DNA from: Cirrosporium novae-zelandiae
Lineage: Eukaryota
Direction: 5' to 3'
Assembly: GCA_026023565.1 (NCBI GenBank)
Contig: JAPETS010000012.1
Span: forward strand, 1 to 64,000
Length of the DNA: 64,000 nt
A program made the position numbers and the translations under genes. Numbering within the stretch: the stretch's first letter is position 1; every line of letters begins with the position of its first letter. Under the pieces are notes generated by a model, which made no database searches, was not told the DNA's origin, and saw only the letters and a program-made list of their open reading frames with translations. Below, piece after piece: positions 25,287-39,826 of this stretch.

Positions 25287-27066
25287 ATGGCGGCAAAACA
25301 TACTCGAAATGGCATCGTTATATTTTCCGGTGGCAGTGCTGCTAACAGTCTTGTGGATGTCTTTAATTCCCTTGTTGAAGGAACTGATTCAACCTTGAGC
25401 TATATTATTCCAATTAGCGATAATGGCGGCTCATCTAGTGAGCTCATTCGAGTATTTGGTGGTCCTGGGATTGGAGATGTTAGAAGTATGTCTACATCTG
25501 TAATACTCTTTTGTTTCATTCACCTGTCCTATATCCATCTATCTACATTTGATGGCCTAGATCTGATAGCCATGAAGCCTTCTTATGGACCTGGTACTAA
25601 CTGCTCCACTAGGCCGTCTCATCAGACTTATTCCAAGTCCCTCTCCAATTCAATCACTTCTAAACCATCGTCTTCCTCCGAGCTCTATCTCCGCTCGTAA
25701 TGAATGGATTACTATTGTCGACGGGACCTCACCCCTCTGGCAACCAATCGCGCCCTCGACAAAAGAGCTCATCCGTCCATTTCTTAACCTGCTGAATCTT
25801 GAACTCATCAAGCGGGCTCGCCCCTCATCTACTTTTGACTTCTCCTCCGCTAGCATCGGGAATATGTTTCTTACAGGGGCCCGGCTTTTCACCGGGAGCT
25901 TTGAAAGTGCTATTGCATTGCTTGGTATGATTGGTGGGGTTCATGAGCAAATAAAAGTAATCCCCGCTATCAATGCGAATTGGACTTGCCATATCGCGGC
26001 GGGGTTAATGGATGGCTCAGTCATCGTTGGCCAAAATAACATCTCCCATCCAAGTGCACCCACGGCCCTACCCGACTCATCTGAAGATCAGAATCACCCA
26101 ATCACACCTTCATCTACTCATCCACACTCCTTACCATTTCCGCAGCGTCGCCGCCAACCTTCACTATCTATCACCGAATCCGATAGAATTGAGGATGCCT
26201 ATGCCCCTGGAACACTTCCTACACTCCGTCGGCCTCAAATCGGCTTTTCCAAGACGTCCGAGCAGCCTCTCCCGGTCCCTATCGCTAGAATATGGTATAT
26301 CAACCCTTACGGCTCTGAGATCCACCCTGCTCCAAATCCAGCGGTAGTTGATGCTCTTGGAGACGCCCGTACAGTAATTTACAGTATTGGGAGTTTATAT
26401 ACAAGTCTAATTCCTGGCCTGATCCTACGAGGTGTTGGAAATCTAATTGCAGGCGACGAGGAGCAGCCACCAAAGTCGAAATCTGCTCCACTCTCGTCCT
26501 TTCCTTCAGCATCTGTTGACGGCGAAGACCTTACCAACGGGAAACCGACGTCACCCTCCCAATCCACCAGAACATCTGAAATCAAAGTAAAAATCCTAAT
26601 ATTAAACGGAACCCTAGACCGAGAAACCGGACTCGGCCTACCATCCCCGCAACAAATGTCGGCAGCCGACTTTGTCCTTGCCGTAGTGCGTGCAGGAGAA
26701 GAAAGCCAAGGCCGATTCGACAGCCTACCCCCCCATCCGACCCTCCCCTCCCAAGCCGACCCTAGCCCCAGCTCTTCAGAGCCAGAATCTGATACCGAAC
26801 CACATCCCCTACAACTCCAAATGCAATCCCAATTCAAGGCCCTCGTTAGAAAATACATCACCCACATAATCTACCTAGACAATAAAGACAACACCGAAGA
26901 GTTTATGGCTCCGAGGGTCGACCGCAACCTCCTTCAGATCTGGGGCGTCGAATGCGTGCGGTGTTTCGGTCGCGGGGGGAGGTATGATCCTGGTGCGCTG
27001 AAGGGGGCTATTGGGGCGATTTTGGGCGGGAGGGATAGGGGGAAGAGGAGGAATACTGAGTCCTAG
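25287..27066 (+). CDS. UPF0052/CofD-YvcK family protein (yeast YNL011C-like). Exons 25287-25485, 25613-27066
   Basis: IVIFSGGSAAN, PISDNGGSSSELIRVFGGPGIGDVRSRL, ASIGNMFLTGAR, IVGQNNISHP, IYSIGSLYTSLIP, LILNGTLDRET. Confidence 0.88.
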
Positions 27067-28578
27067 ATTTTCTTTTTGTAAAGTGTAGTATTAGGTATTC
27101 TTGTAGGAGTAGATAGCTATATAAAATCCCAATTGAAATATAATAGGGACATGATTGTCTGAGAATTTGCTGAATGACCCTAGGATGTCCAGAAATCGTG
27201 GCGGCATGTCCGTTTCCGAGCCGGCCTTATACAATAATTATGCAAGCATATCTAGCCATGGACACACGGCGGCTTGATTATTTCCCGTTCCGTTCTATAA
27301 AAGTAATCAATTACCCTGCCAAACACTAAATATCTACACGCATTTATCATTTATACCCACAAAGCATTTGGCAACCATTGCAATACACAGTGACGAAGTA
27401 ACCTGATCAACAGTTATTTTTCTCTAGAGATCTTCTCGCGGTATCGTCACCGCCTTCCTCCTTTTCAGCGATGTAGCAGGAAGAAGCATGCAGATCTAGC
27501 AATAATATGGCCACTAAACAAGCGTTAGAGCCAACAAGTACAACAAAAATATACTAATAAGTACTATGATAAAGGTAAGTACCGAGGGTAGAGAAATGCC
27601 GGCAGCTTGCATATACTAAACGAACTAATTTCTGTGGCGGTTAGGTCGACAATTCTCTGCCCATGTTTAACTACCATAGTATGCTAACCATGCCAACCAT
27701 GCTACATAAAATAACATCCATGGTACCCACTCCGATGGATCTCTCTGGAGAATCACGTTATTTTCAAACCTGGGGTTCTTTGTGGGGATTGAATCATTCT
27801 ACCCCATCGCACAAAGAAAAGGCCAAAAGCAACTAACCATTTCCCCAACAACTAAATAGATTAGAAGAGAAAAAAATCTCCTTATCGTCCATATGATTAT
27901 TTAACTATCCTAATTGATTGTCTTTCCCTCGCCCTCAGCTCTGTCTCGTCTTGCCTATCCGCTATTAAAATTATATGGGTGGCGAGTCTAACCAATTGCA
28001 TCTAACTGTTCCGGACTTTTACTTTTGTATCATGGGTTTTTTCTTATTGAGCGCGTGAGTTACTACATTACCAAACAAATGTCTGGGCTGCGGGACGGAA
28101 TAAACAGGCCATTAATGGTTTAACTACTCTAGTACGATTGGCTGCTGAGGGTCTGAGGGCAGGGCTAATCACTCCGCAGTTTTTTCTTTATGAAAGCGCA
28201 GTGGCAGTAACGGTAGATGGTCATGATATCCGACAAGCTGATAAGTCAGCTATTGACGACTTCGAAATACCCCATAATCCATTCTAAGGTTGTATCAAGG
28301 AACGTCATATCCAAACAACCGTGGCATACGAATATTTCTTCAACCTCTCTACCTATGCCTTCGTTGTACCGATGATATCCCGTCGAGCTTTGATTCTCTG
28401 CTAAGAATTCTGGCTTCGAGCATATATAAAGAAGTAAATCAGCCCCTTATCAAGTTTATAGCAACCGCCATCGAGCTAGTTATTCGTTGAAAAGGTTTCG
28501 TGGCATAACAATCAGCGAGAGAGAAGTTTTTAGCTACACAGCACCGAGGAGTCCAAAAGAGCATCGCTAGATTCTATC

Positions 28579-29772
28579 ATGATGAATTTGCTTCTCCGCA
28601 CATTCATCCTCCTCTCTTCCGCCGGCGCCGTCTTCTCTGCCCCGACGCCGAAATGCACCACTGATGCTGACTGCAACTACAACGGCATATGCACCAGTGC
28701 TTATACCTGCACCTGCGACCCCGGCTGGCGCTCCACCGATTGCGGAGCCCTGGACCTCTACCCAGCAACACGAAACACGGGCTACAACCAAACCAGCAAT
28801 GGAATCTCGTCTTGGGGAGGAAAGATAATCCACGACCCGAGTGACCCGCAGACCTTCCACCTCTTCGCCGAAGAGTTCACGTACGGCTGCGGCCTCGACT
28901 CCTGGTCACCGTACAGCCGGGTCATCCGAGCCGAGTCTAATACCGGCCCGGCTGGTCCGTACCACTTCGCGGCCGAGGTACTTGGGACGTTTGCGCATAA
29001 CCCGACGGTGGTGTACAGCCCCGCCGACAAGCTATATCTAATGCACCACATCGGGTGTCCCGTATCTCCGTCGGGGACCTGCGACTCGTTAAATTTCACC
29101 TGCGGGTTCGGAAACAATCAAAACGGCGAAAGCGGCATCTCGCTGATGACGTCGACGGATCTACGAAACTGGACCAACTACGGAATGGTACTAACGTCCG
29201 GGGGGAACGGGACCTGGGACACGGATGTCACGAACCCGTCGGCCATGGCCCTAGATTCCCTCTCACACCATACCCCGGAGGTACTCCTCGCCTACCGCGG
29301 CTGCCCCTTCAACTGCATCTCCGGTCTAAGCGAACTAAACAAAGAACAAATCAACCTCGCCGTCGCACCCACCTTCAAGGGCCCCTATACGCGCCTACAC
29401 AACACACCTCTCATCCCACAAAACGAAGACCCCTTCCTCTGGCGCGACAAGCGCGGCCACTACCACATGCTGATGCACTCCCTGGAGCTCGACGGCGGCT
29501 TTGGGTACGGCCCGGATGTCGGCCGCCACGCGTACGCCGAGACCTATGACGGGCCATGGGTTTTCAACAACAACACACTTGCGTTCAACTGGACTGTCAC
29601 GTTTACCGATGGCACCAGCGTTGATTACTTTCGTAGGGAGAGGCCCGTGTTGTTTTTCAGCGAGGATGGGGAGATGACGCCGTTGTTTTTGATTAATGGT
29701 GTTCAGGAGAGGAATGGATCTGATGTTAGTTTTACGATGATTCAACCCTTGGGGGGGAGCGCGAGTTTATGA
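28579..29772 (+). CDS. Secreted protein: signal peptide + EGF-like module + GH43-like five-bladed beta-propeller (putative glycoside hydrolase); intronless
   Basis: Hydrophobic N-terminus; C-x5-C-x5-C-x5-CxC-x8-C module; SSWGG, GPAGPY, FAHNP, TNPS, EDPFLWRD, RRERP motifs. Confidence 0.75.
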   Translation: MMNLLLRTFILLSSAGAVFSAPTPKCTTDADCNYNGICTSAYTCTCDPGWRSTDCGALDLYPATRNTGYNQTSNGISSWGGKIIHDPSDPQTFHLFAEEFTYGCGLDSWSPYSRVIRAESNTGPAGPYHFAAEVLGTFAHNPTVVYSPADKLYLMHHIGCPVSPSGTCDSLNFTCGFGNNQNGESGISLMTSTDLRNWTNYGMVLTSGGNGTWDTDVTNPSAMALDSLSHHTPEVLLAYRGCPFNCISGLSELNKEQINLAVAPTFKGPYTRLHNTPLIPQNEDPFLWRDKRGHYHMLMHSLELDGGFGYGPDVGRHAYAETYDGPWVFNNNTLAFNWTVTFTDGTSVDYFRRERPVLFFSEDGEMTPLFLINGVQERNGSDVSFTMIQPLGGSASL

Positions 29773-29779
29773 AGGGGGG

Positions 29780-30720
29780 GGGGGGTTGCCTGAGTGAGTA
29801 TGGGTGTGTTTGTACCTAGCTAGCTAGAAGAAGAAGAGTTTATATGGGTAACTAGCTATATGGTATAGATGGAAATCAACCAGCAGTTCGGTGTTCCGGC
29901 ACTCGACTCTCCTCCCTCCCGTCCCGATCCGTACGGTAAGTTAGTCCCAACTCTACCTATTAAATAAATAAATAAAATATTTACCTAGTATAGTAAGTAC
30001 GTAAGTAAGTAAATAACATTTTACAATTGCTTTATATTACTAATAACTACCCAGGCATAGTATAAAAACGAAATGTATAGCCTAGGTAGGTAAGGTTGTT
30101 TGTTTGGTAGTTTAGGCTTGGGCTTGTGTGTGTTTGTGTAGAAATAAATAATCTCACCCTTAAAAAAAAAAGGAAGTAGGCAAGTAGGTAAAGAATTACT
30201 AAAAAAAAGAAAAGGAAAAGGAAAAAGAAAAGAAAAGGGTTTGAAGGAGATGAACTGATTAATTGATTGACTGTAGATATTGATTGATCATTGATATAGA
30301 AAAAAAAGGGAGGGGGTTGTATAAATTAGGTTTGAGGAGAAGAGAACTAAGAAGAACCAAGGAGAATTGAAATATTACTGCTAGAAAGTATTTATCTTAA
30401 GAAAAAATAAAATAAAATGCCAGGCTAAATTATAATAGTATAATAGCATAATAACATAACATAATCAATAAAACAATCCCCTCCTGTTTGTTATTATCCT
30501 CTTCGACCACAACTAAAATTAATCAACCAATCTCCAAATATATTTCTTTCTCTCCCCACAATGATAATAAGAATAAATGAATGAATGAATAAATTCCCCA
30601 CCTCTTTCATACCGACCGAGATTACAATTAATTAACATAATAAATAATATTACCCATTCCCAAAAACCAATGACCAAATTACAACAAAAATTAACATTAA
30701 AAAACCAAACCAAACTATAG
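29780..30720. repeat. AT-rich low-complexity tract between the convergent GH43-like and TEL1 genes
   Basis: Poly-A runs and (TAAA), (GAAAAG), (ATAAC), (TGAA) simple repeats. Confidence 0.8.
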
Positions 30721-30722
30721 AG

Positions 30723-33700
30723 TTACGCATAAGCCGCCCACCCACAAAACAACACGGCCAGATTCCTCTCATCCGTCGCCTGCTGTATCAACTCGTTAAC
30801 CGTTGCCTGCACGCTAAGAGTCTTTGCCAATTTTTTCGCCACCACCGTAAGAGCCCTATCAGCTTCACTCGGCTCATCGACATCCGTTGTTTTGTTTTTT
30901 TCAGGTGCTATTGCTGCTACTGCTGCTGATGGAGCGACGCTGCTATCTCTACTTGCTTCCCTTTCTTCCCCTTCCGGTGGTGGTGGGTTAACTGCGGCTT
31001 CATCCTGAAGTTTTTGCATCCTTTTTAAGCGGAGGGGTGATACGGACCAGCTGTATAGAGGGTCGTAGCGCAGGACGTCTAGGATAGTCATGATGGAATA
31101 GGATTCGCGACGAAGGGCGTCGAGGGTGAATTCGCAGCAGCGGCGGAATACACCCTCTGTTTTGGTGATTCCCATGCCGTCGACGAGGTCGCGGGTGAGG
31201 CGGAAGGGAACAACTTCTGGGACTGGGAGGACACGTCCCTGTTCAAAGGCGACGCCAAGGTCGATGTGTACGACTTCTCCAGATTTTTCGTCGAGGAGGA
31301 TGTTATGGCCGTGGCGGTCTCCGAGGCCGAGGACGTAGCCTAGGATGGAGATGGCGGCTGTTGTGCGGGTGTATGCGAGTCGGGTGGAGAACCAGTCGTC
31401 CGGGTGAGAGAAGCGTTCCATGAAGAAATATCGCATTACTGGGTGGAAGTGCTCAAGGACTTGACGGAATGCTCGCACGCGTGTCTCTGGAGTTTTGGAT
31501 TGCACATCTGCAATCTCTTTGCGGCAGCGATTGGGTTTCCAGTCTTTGGGATAATGATCCTGATGTGCAGGTAGGAGATATTCGTGTAGAGGGATGGTGT
31601 TGGGAACGAATTCGATGATGCCAGAGTTTGCGGTGAGGGGTAGCACCTTGTAGGTGCGAATCTGGAGATTTCGTTGTCTGGTGGTGTGGTTGGTTTGGAG
31701 GAGATTCGACACTTGCTCGAAAACTTGCTCCATTATGGAGTCTTGTCTGAGATCATCATTCCCTCCTTTGAAAAGCTGTTTGTACCTAGAGCCATCGGAC
31801 GCAATCGCCGTGACAATCTTTGGAGCGCTGACCCCAGATGCAATGCTAAATTCAGGCAAGAATTTAACTAGTCGGGGCACCGAGCTGTAGTCACAATCTG
31901 CCCGGACTTCTATTTTCATAGTGGGAGGTGGGATCTTCTGATTCGCGACATCTTCTTCTAGCTTTCGACCCGTTGGAAGATTACGAAGGAGGATCTTTGA
32001 ACCAGCCCTGAATCTTGAGCTGTCAGGTTTGTCAAGGGCAAACTTCACATAACTGACGTTGGAATTATGAACCGCGATCCAAGTATGTGTTGTATATTTG
32101 TGGCTACGGATTTTGCTGACCACATTATTAGCAGCCTTGTTTCGAGAAATGGCCATTTTATCTCGACCACCTTTCGTCTTGCTGCTCGCAAAGACCTGAT
32201 ACATGCCATGATACGGATGCTCAATGCAAATGCGGGCAACAAGCTCGAAGAGAAGCTGTTGGAAATCATCTTCATTGTCTAGAAGTCGAGAGGATAGCTG
32301 ATTCATGAGGGGAACAAATTTTCGAGTTGGAACTCTTTTAACGTGGTTTGAGACCGCCCCATTTGCAATGGGGTCATCTGATTGGGCAAGCCAAAGAGCA
32401 CAGAATCGTAGCATATCAGAATCATAATTATCGCATGCTTCTAAGCAGAGCAGGTAATTTTCCAGACTTTGCCGCAAGAATGATTGTCTAGCATGCTGAA
32501 GTCGTTGGAATTCTCTATCATCAAGATCAAACCAAGACTTTGCTCTTATGCGATGACTTCTGAGATTGTCCCTGTCTCTCCCCGCAGAAGGGGTTTTACT
32601 CAGCATTGTGTCTAACTCGAGGACCTCCTGTTCTTTATGTGCGCGTAGTTCCTTGATGCGGCTGAATTCTTCAATATTTTCTGGGTTCTGAAGCTGAAGG
32701 TCACAAAAAGAAGCGAATTGATGGAAAACTTGGCCAGCTTCATCTCCGCTGATTTTGGATTTGAGTTCTTTGATTGCCGGGGTCAGGTATTGCCTAATAA
32801 TTTCATCTGGCTTCTCCAATCGAGCTTGAGCAATGTGGTGACCAAGGGTCGCAAGAAGTTCCGGTCTGCTGACGGGAATCGTGCAGTCCCCTGACTTTGA
32901 ATCGGCTCTCAGCTCTTGAAGCATTCGAATTGATGGTGTCATCTCTGACTGGTCCCATAATACATTTGCAGTCTCACGACGGACTGCTGCTTCAACCTCC
33001 AATCCTAGAAGCCTACACGGTTGAACAAGTGTTGATAGATAAGTTGCTGTCCGTAAGGAGTTTTGAAGAGCGCCATGCTTGCGACTGATTTGTGAGGATT
33101 CAAGAAGGAGTCGAACCTCTTGCTCTTGTGCGTCACTGACACTTGTCTTTATTAAATCTAGGAAGGGCTTTTTCTTGACAAGAGAACCGAGAAGTGTTTC
33201 TCGACCTGTTAGAATGCCATTCACATCGTTAAAGCTAAAGTAGAGGGAGTTAGTGTATACAAATATAAAACTAAAAGTTGATTGCTTACTTTCCCATATT
33301 CATCCAGGAGCAGCGGGCTTGCATTTTCTCTCTTGCATCTCTAAAATCGTCTTGATTTTCGCTGGTGATTACTTCATCAACTTCAACTAAAACAGCGAGT
33401 GTCCGTAAGATGGAATGTAACGATGCCCCATTCTGACTTGAATATTTTAATTGCTTCATAGTATCGAGCAAGCAAACATCAATAGTCTTTTGCATTGTTA
33501 GACGGTCATTAGAATGGTTCAAGCCTTGAAACACTCGAAAGGTAGCATTTGAGTCCGTTTCTAATGATGGAGCATAGGTATCCCACTGCCGAAGATTAGT
33601 CGCCACGTCTAGAAGATTTTCTCGACTGTCATCCCCACCGGTGTTCTGGTGGTTTTGGAGTAGCGATTGAGCAAGACCGCTCATAGCTAAAGAGTTTAAC

Positions 33701-36700
33701 GCCTTTACAACCCCGAGAGCACCGAGGTCGCTTGAAGTACCCTGACGAAGTTGACTATCTAGGAAAGCGCTTTGAAAAGACAGCCTCTCAAAGCCAGCCT
33801 TTTCGTAGTCGAGCCGTTCCATGACAGCCTCTAAAGTTGACTGCTCAGATACCCCATAAAAAGAATCTGGTTCATCAATAGATTTGAAGATTGGTAATAG
33901 TAAGTCATTCGGTGGAGCTGTCTTATGAATGGATGATCGGCGGGAGGAGTGTGCAATTTGGCATTGATGTATTTCCACAAAGAGAAGCGCGGTCTTGAAA
34001 AGTTTACATTTAATTGCAGCTTTCGAAGCCTCCTGGTAGTCAATCTCAAGCCACCTTTCTCTGTCGGACTTGACGCTTTCACGTGGGATGGGTTGAACTC
34101 TTAAGTAGAGGATCGCATTGATGAATAGCTTTGCAAGTCCTGTCTTTGACTCATCACATTCCTGAAATACTCGTTGACATAATTCAGAAACAGGTCCACG
34201 TAGTTTTTGATGACTGTCAAACTCAAGAAGAAGTACATGATGTAGTATGTACGGAAAGACTTGCTCAGAGAACTCAGGGTTAGAAGATATAATTTCACCG
34301 AGAGCACCGATTATTGGGTCGTTGTGTGCTGAGGAAATTAAGAAAAGGCACAATGCTCTTATACATGCTCTAACAGATAGTGTATGAATTCGATCGCGTA
34401 TCTCTTTCAGAGACAAATGAGATGGTATGTTATAGAGAGCTTCGGGGCAAAGGTATGGGTGCCATATCAATGCACACATAATGGATTGCGGAATCCGATC
34501 ACATAAATCGCCTCTTTTAGCCTTGAAAAGCCGTGCCACCATGATCTGAAGAGAGATCTCTGCCCGTCCAACCTCGTGTGGCTGATCGCTTGACAGCATT
34601 TGCTGAAGTAAGCTAAGGATGCCAGCCTCCGAGTTGGACACCCCACTTTTCGGTTCCCCATTCTCCTTGAAACGATCGAAAAAGGTTTCTCGTAACATGG
34701 TGTGATCAAGCTCACCGGTAGAGGCAAAAGCACGACCAAGAACTCGTGCAGCCCACAGGTGGTAACTTGCATTCAAGGGTTGGTCCTGGCAAGAACGCCA
34801 GACAGAGGAAGAGAAGATGTGAGATATGTTATCTTCCCCTAAAATATCTTGCCGAAAGTTTGGCGCCACACGAAAGTTTTTGCATAGTAGCCCAAGGACA
34901 AGATCTCGATTGGCCTTATCAAGCAACCTTCGCTCAGACCTATCATCATCTAGTATCTCCCTAAGAAGTTCTGCCTCACTCGTGCCTTTCAACGAACTTC
35001 CTTCAACTTGAGCCCTTCGAGCGGATCGCACCAGCGATCGAAAAGCAGTTATAGAGTTTCCTACAAGTGTAGGTGGGTCATATGCATCAAGAAAGTTCCC
35101 AAGCCAGGCATGAAATTCTTGTGCTTTTGACAATGTCTCATGATGGTGACTTTCTTGCGTAGTACTATCCGGAATTGAATGAGTGAAGTCTCGAAGTAAA
35201 AGAAGGGTCGAGAGGCCAATTCCTGTTACAAAAGAAGGAACTTGTAGAAGATAAGACTTCCCTTTTGTGAAGAGATATCGCATTATCCCTAGGGTATCAC
35301 TTGCACAATACGCGTCAGTAACAAATGGCCGAAGAGCATGTATCATCATCTCAATAGGATAGTTTTGGAAAATAGCATCACCAACAAGACAAACAAGAAT
35401 TCGAATCCTACGAATGACACTGCAAGCATGGAGAGGACCAATGGCAGGGTGAATAGAATTCATTAAGCCTCGGAAGACGAACGTAACCAGGGCTGGTGTC
35501 CAAAGCTGCTCTAAGCTTACGTTGGCGCGTCTGCATAGGTGTTCTAGCTCATATAGCAGATTTTTCGCTCTAAATGAGGGTTGTTGGGCTGGTGGGAGTA
35601 CAATAGCTGCACAGCCATAGCTTTTGATTTGCTCAAAGGCTTTTGTCGCAAAGCTGAATTCCTGACGCTTATTAAAAGCCCTCTCGATTTGATCTTCTTG
35701 ATCAATTGTACAGAAGAAGATTCTGATGATCTCGGCAAATCTGGCCTGGACACAATCTAGGAATACCTCCTTTCCTAGCTTTCTTCTCAACCACATCTCC
35801 GCACCTAAGGCGTTATTTTCCTGAGATGGAGGAAGTGTAACATCTCGCCCAACACTGTACGCAAGAGCTTTATCAAATGACGTTGTAACAAGTTCCAAAA
35901 CAGAACAATCGAGCAATTCTGACAATTCTTCCGCTTGGTTTTCATTGGCGCGCATAGCAATCTGTCCGACCACTTCACTTCGAACATCATTAAGTAGCTC
36001 CTTGAGACTATTATAGCCGAATATGGAAAATGGAATGGTGTCAAGCTCTTGCCCTTCTAGATGTGTATACAAAACCTGTGGAGCGAAGAGTTTGAAAAGC
36101 TCTCGGGAATCCTCAAGATTCAATGCGTTAGAAATATCGACAAGACAACAAGTAGCATACTCTGTAGCAGTAGGAATCTGTGCTGGAATCTCAAATATAT
36201 AGTAAATACTTCTTCTTAGCAGGGTATGCCATTTTGAAGCCAAGCGCCCCAAGATAAAAAGCCGTAATGCAATGCCTTCATCCCAATCCCCATCCAAAGG
36301 GAGGGTATTCACGACATCTCCAAGGATGGCATCATGCTCCTTGAGGACAAACAGCGAGAACAATTCCACAATCGCAGCAGAGACATGATATTTAACGGTA
36401 ATGTTCCCTTCGGCTAGAATTCCAAAGAGTACTGTCCTAGGCGACGGTAAGGAAAGCTCGTCAATGAACTTTGGATTGAATTTGATGAGTTTATGTATCA
36501 TAGAAGCTAAAGAAATTTGCATTTTTGGAGAAGATGACATTTTCCGTAAGAGGGTATTAATAAACCATTGGTAGACTTGTGACTCAATTGCAACAAGATC
36601 ATCGTCGGAAGATGCGGGATCTGGCCATATCTCGATCAATTTGCTCATGAAATCTATACAAAGACAGACTGAAACCTCACAGCAATCATGCTCGTCAGTT

Positions 36701-39700
36701 CCCAAGAATTCTTGGGCAAGATGTTCGAGGATTTGAGATGCATTGTCTCGTGTAAGCCATGTTTGACCGACATTGATTTCTAAAACAACCTCTCGGCAGC
36801 GTAGAACGTCAGGCGCCTCAAGAGAGGTGATATAGTCAGCAAATATCTGGCCGGCATCATCAGAAACGATTTGAGTGCAATCCGTAGGGGCTTGAAGTCG
36901 TGCAAGAGATGCTTGACGGAAAGACTTTATGTCGGTTGCCAGAGAAATATCATCCCGAGGGTATCCCAAACTCTGATCCCCAGCTGAGCGTAGGGTCCTT
37001 TGGCTTTCGAAGGGATCATCAAGATCCATTCCATCAATTGGGTCATTTTCTAAAGAGTTTATTGATTCCTGGTGTCGCTGCTTGATCACTTTGAGAAGTG
37101 CTGGTGTAAAATTCCGAACACTTCTTTTAAGCAGATAATGGTCTGAATTTTGGTTTGCTCCAAGAATATTTCCTGTGATCTCGAATATCACATCAAGGAG
37201 ACTCTGATCGGCATCAGGACTACCCAAAACTACAAAAAGTGATTTCTGAAAGCTTGCATTCAATTTTTGAAGTTCTTTCCCTTTGTGGGACTCAGCAATG
37301 CATGATATTAATGAAAATGATTCTGTAAGCAATGAAAATGAGAATATAACCCTAACCATATCTCCATTAACGTGTGTTGTTTTTTCAGCGGTCAAATCTA
37401 GAAAAGCTTGGTTACACTTCCCTATGGAGGAAGCTAGGTATTCAAGGATGAGCTCGTCATTAGGGTGTGATCGAGGCGGCGATTCAACCTTGATGCCCTC
37501 TCCTTTAGTATTGTCTTCAAATGCTTTATCGACGACACCATGTATAGGAAGAAGGTAAAGAAAGCTCTGTAGACTCTGATGTTGATTGCACATTTTGTAA
37601 GCTTGTGCTAAAGGGCCACAGAAGGGAAAGTCTATGGTATATTGATTCCATTGTCCCCTACCAGAACAGATCAGGAGTAGATTTAGTAACCGAGCAGTAT
37701 CTACATATGGTGATATGGAAGCAGCATGTAGCCGGTCTGTAAATCGTTCTGTCTAGCCATTAGTTTTGAGAAGGTAAACGCGAAACAGATTTCCAAACCT
37801 GGAGTGAATCTAGAAAAGAGCCAGCGAAGTACACGTTCTGATATTATTTGTATCTTTCCAGGGTTATCACTACTTCTAAGTTTAACAAGTAATGCCCACA
37901 AATCTAAAGGGGAATCTGCAAATGATCTAGGCCCACTAAGATCCATCGAAGAGATGACCGTATTAAAGGTATCGGCAATTTCATGGAATAAAACTATCTT
38001 CGAAGTAAGTAGAAGATACATCAAGCGGCATGCGGCTCTAGCTGTTAGAGATGAGGCTGCGCTCCGCGATGCAAGTCGCCACACTTGAATCCACTTTAAC
38101 TTGAGTTGCGCCGAAGCTGCATGAGGCTGCGAACATAAACTACCGAAACCGTTAGCGAGCGCGGCCCTAGAATCTATTTACATTATACATACCCAGCCAT
38201 AGCTAACATGCCCCAGGACGCAACAACACCATTAGCGTCTAGTATAGTGGGGATCAGTTGATCCAGCACGGTATCGGCCTGTTCCTCCGAGAAAATGGTT
38301 TTTGCTGCCACGAAAGAGAGTAACTGCAAAGCGGAAATCCGGGCGGTGGACTGGGGCATCCGTGTCTGCCGGAGGAGTTCATCAATCCATACAATGACCC
38401 TTTGTCGCTTTTTAGGAACATCTTCCAAAATCTGGGAACGATCTGCCAATTGTACACCAGTTTCGTTATCAGCCTCGCTCAATAGGTCTATCAAGAAGGC
38501 CATTATATCTACAATGACCCAGTTTGGTTCTGATTTTAGCGATCCCGGGCGCAAATAGAAAGCTTGAATGCCTAAAGGTGGCGACTTCGAGAGGGAGGAC
38601 ATGTTGATGTCTTCTACCTGAAGTTGGTCTTTCTCAGATCGTCTGCCATAGTCGGCTTGAAGTAACTCTAGAAGGGACTCCACATTTGACTTGACCACAA
38701 AACCATTGTCATCGTATATGGCTCGACGCAATGGCGATCGTAGGAAAACTAGGCTCATCAACATCTCATCCCTCAAGGAAGACGATCTTGTATGCCATAG
38801 ACGTTTAATTAAAGGAATGATCATAGACGCAACATGTTTGGATTGTGCAATAGACTCAATGACGATCCGAGAAAGGATCGAGTTTAGGGTAGCAAACGCA
38901 GCCTGACACGTTATTTCCATACTCGTTGATTGACTCACATAATCGAGTAAACCTGCTAATAGAACTTCAGATCTTTGGCAAATTGGTGCGTTGGGAGCTT
39001 TCACGAGTTGTTGGATGCAGAACACAAACTGTTCACCTTCTTTAGATGCACGATAGTCCTTAGACTGACCTCCCAAATTACTGGATTTTCGAGAAAGGCT
39101 CACGCCTCTTCTGCTAGTCTCCGTGGATAGTGATTCTGGACTGTCCTCCTCGATGAGAGAAAGGCTAAGACTTTGGCCATGCTGAACGGTCATGCCATCG
39201 AGGCAAAAATCGATTAATGCCTCCCAGTCGGCGCTCGAGAGGTGTTCAACGTGAGGTTGATATTCAAGTAGAAGCCTGAGTGATTTAACCAAGTCCAGAC
39301 TTAAAGGTTCGCATGGATCCTCGTCTGAAGCTGGTACACATTGGATAATGTGATTTATTAATGCTTTAACTGATTTGGTTCGAAATCTTGGTGCCGATAC
39401 CTCGACAACCGCACGAATCGTCGACGCACATGAAGATAACCGCGACGCTGCCTGCGTTTTGGATGCACTCTTGTTTGCTCTGCCGTAAGCCGATTTTTCA
39501 TTAGATGCAACACGGAACAAAACCTCGAAGAGAGGAATATAATCGTCTTTTTCCTTTAGAACATTTCTATAGGGTTAAGCATGAGTAATACCTCTTACCA
39601 GAAGCTATTAAAGAAAACTCACAATTTGGTATTATAGCGATTTTTATTGAAGATGTGTCTCAGATCTTAAAACGAATAAAATAAATTAGTAGTGGTGGAA

Positions 39701-39826
39701 AACAAACGAGGTCGGTGGAAATTATATACCTGCGATAGCTGCGGAGCGTTCTTTGACCTTTTCTGAACGAATCCGGTCCACCAGAATCCTAACATCTCTA
39801 CGAACATCCTCAGCGACCTCTCTCAT
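30723..39826 (-). CDS. TEL1: PIKK Ser/Thr kinase Tel1/ATM. Exons 39826-39730, 39665-39623, 39566-38193, 38139-37799, 37748-33290, 33234-30723
   Basis: N-terminal TAN-like [13 protein letters not shown] region; kinase motifs [45 protein letters not shown] ending [12 protein letters not shown]. Confidence 0.96.

Noticed and set aside
27745..28180. CreA (SYGGRG) and XlnR (GGCTAA) sites upstream of the GH43-like gene
   Set aside because: Six-base degenerate motifs occur at about chance frequency; plausible but not supportable from sequence alone
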